Below, piece by piece: positions 63,456 to 64,000 of a stretch of DNA of 64,000 nt (positions within the stretch are counted from its first letter, which is position 1; every line of letters begins with the position of its first letter). Below the pieces are notes generated by a model. It saw nothing but the letters and a program-made list of their open reading frames with translations. It ran no database searches and was not told the DNA's origin. Position numbers and translations under genes: made by a program. Source of the DNA: Macrostomum hystrix. Its lineage: Eukaryota > Animalia > Platyhelminthes. Location: assembly GCA_950097015.1 (NCBI GenBank), contig CATNEN010000038.1, positions 8,246,001 to 8,310,000 of the forward strand, written 5' to 3'.

Positions 63456-64000
63456 AAAAGCCCAGAGTAATAGAAGGTAGACAGCGGGGTAGCTATGAAT
63501 TTATAGCTATTTTAATATGTAATATTTTTAGCTAATAAAAAAACAAACAAAAGGCAGCTTCATTCAAAAAGTCACAAACACGCGAAACTAAGCAAATTGT
63601 ACATTCTGCAAAATCGCTAGTCGCATCATTTCTCTCAAACTCAGTGCGTCAATTTCAACAAAATATGTTGCACAATGTAATTAAAATAAAAGCTTCTAAT
63701 CAGCAATTTTATTCCATACAAGTCAATTTAGAAACTTGAAAAAATGAAAAAAACAATGGTTTAACAGTAGAACTACAAAGGGGGAATTCCCCAGTGCTGC
63801 ACCCGAACGGAGCAACGCAAGCACATAAAACTCAAGAACACGGGCCAACTTTTTGTTGCGCATCTTCTGAAAACAAGAATCAAGTCGCCAGCCCTTCAGA
63901 CCATCGAGATATTCAACTGTTCTGGACGAAGGTCTGATTTTCCCATAAGCGCTAGGGTATTTCATGCACCCCTATACACGAATTTGCACTGCGCCTCAGC

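Noticed and set aside
63723-63965. 80-aa ORF at the window end
   Set aside because: No recognisable motif or splice support.

Overview
Repeat-rich eukaryotic (invertebrate animal) genomic DNA with spliceosomal GT-AG introns. The minisatellite-laden introns are reminiscent of a flatworm such as Macrostomum, but that is inference only. Six host genes can be reconstructed by hand: (1) a DSTYK-like dynamin-type GTPase/pseudokinase (-); (2) an internally duplicated type I membrane protein with fucolectin/discoidin-like and Ig-like domains (-); (3) a secreted PAN plus ALK/LTK-type glycine-rich protein (-); (4) DHDDS (+); (5) a small single-pass membrane protein (-); (6) YIPF5/Yip1 (-). The rest is mostly nested mobile DNA, with boundaries readable from target-site duplications (TSDs). 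The standout is an 11.2 kb foldback-type element (43994-55197, 9-bp TSD CCCCAGACC). Its inverted arms are built from ~177-bp satellite arrays (~38 and ~11 copies), and it carries a truncated Gypsy LTR-PBS-gag insertion. Also present: a head-to-tail trimer of a non-autonomous Helitron with a nested hAT MITE in each unit; a dead piggyBac split by an RTE-like LINE and a solo LTR; two more solo LTRs; two tRNA/CORE-like SINEs; a 34-bp hairpin element with an 8-bp TSD; and many mini- and microsatellites. No CRISPR array, rRNA or bona fide tRNA gene was found. Exon boundaries were read manually, and family assignments rest on remembered motifs, not database searches.
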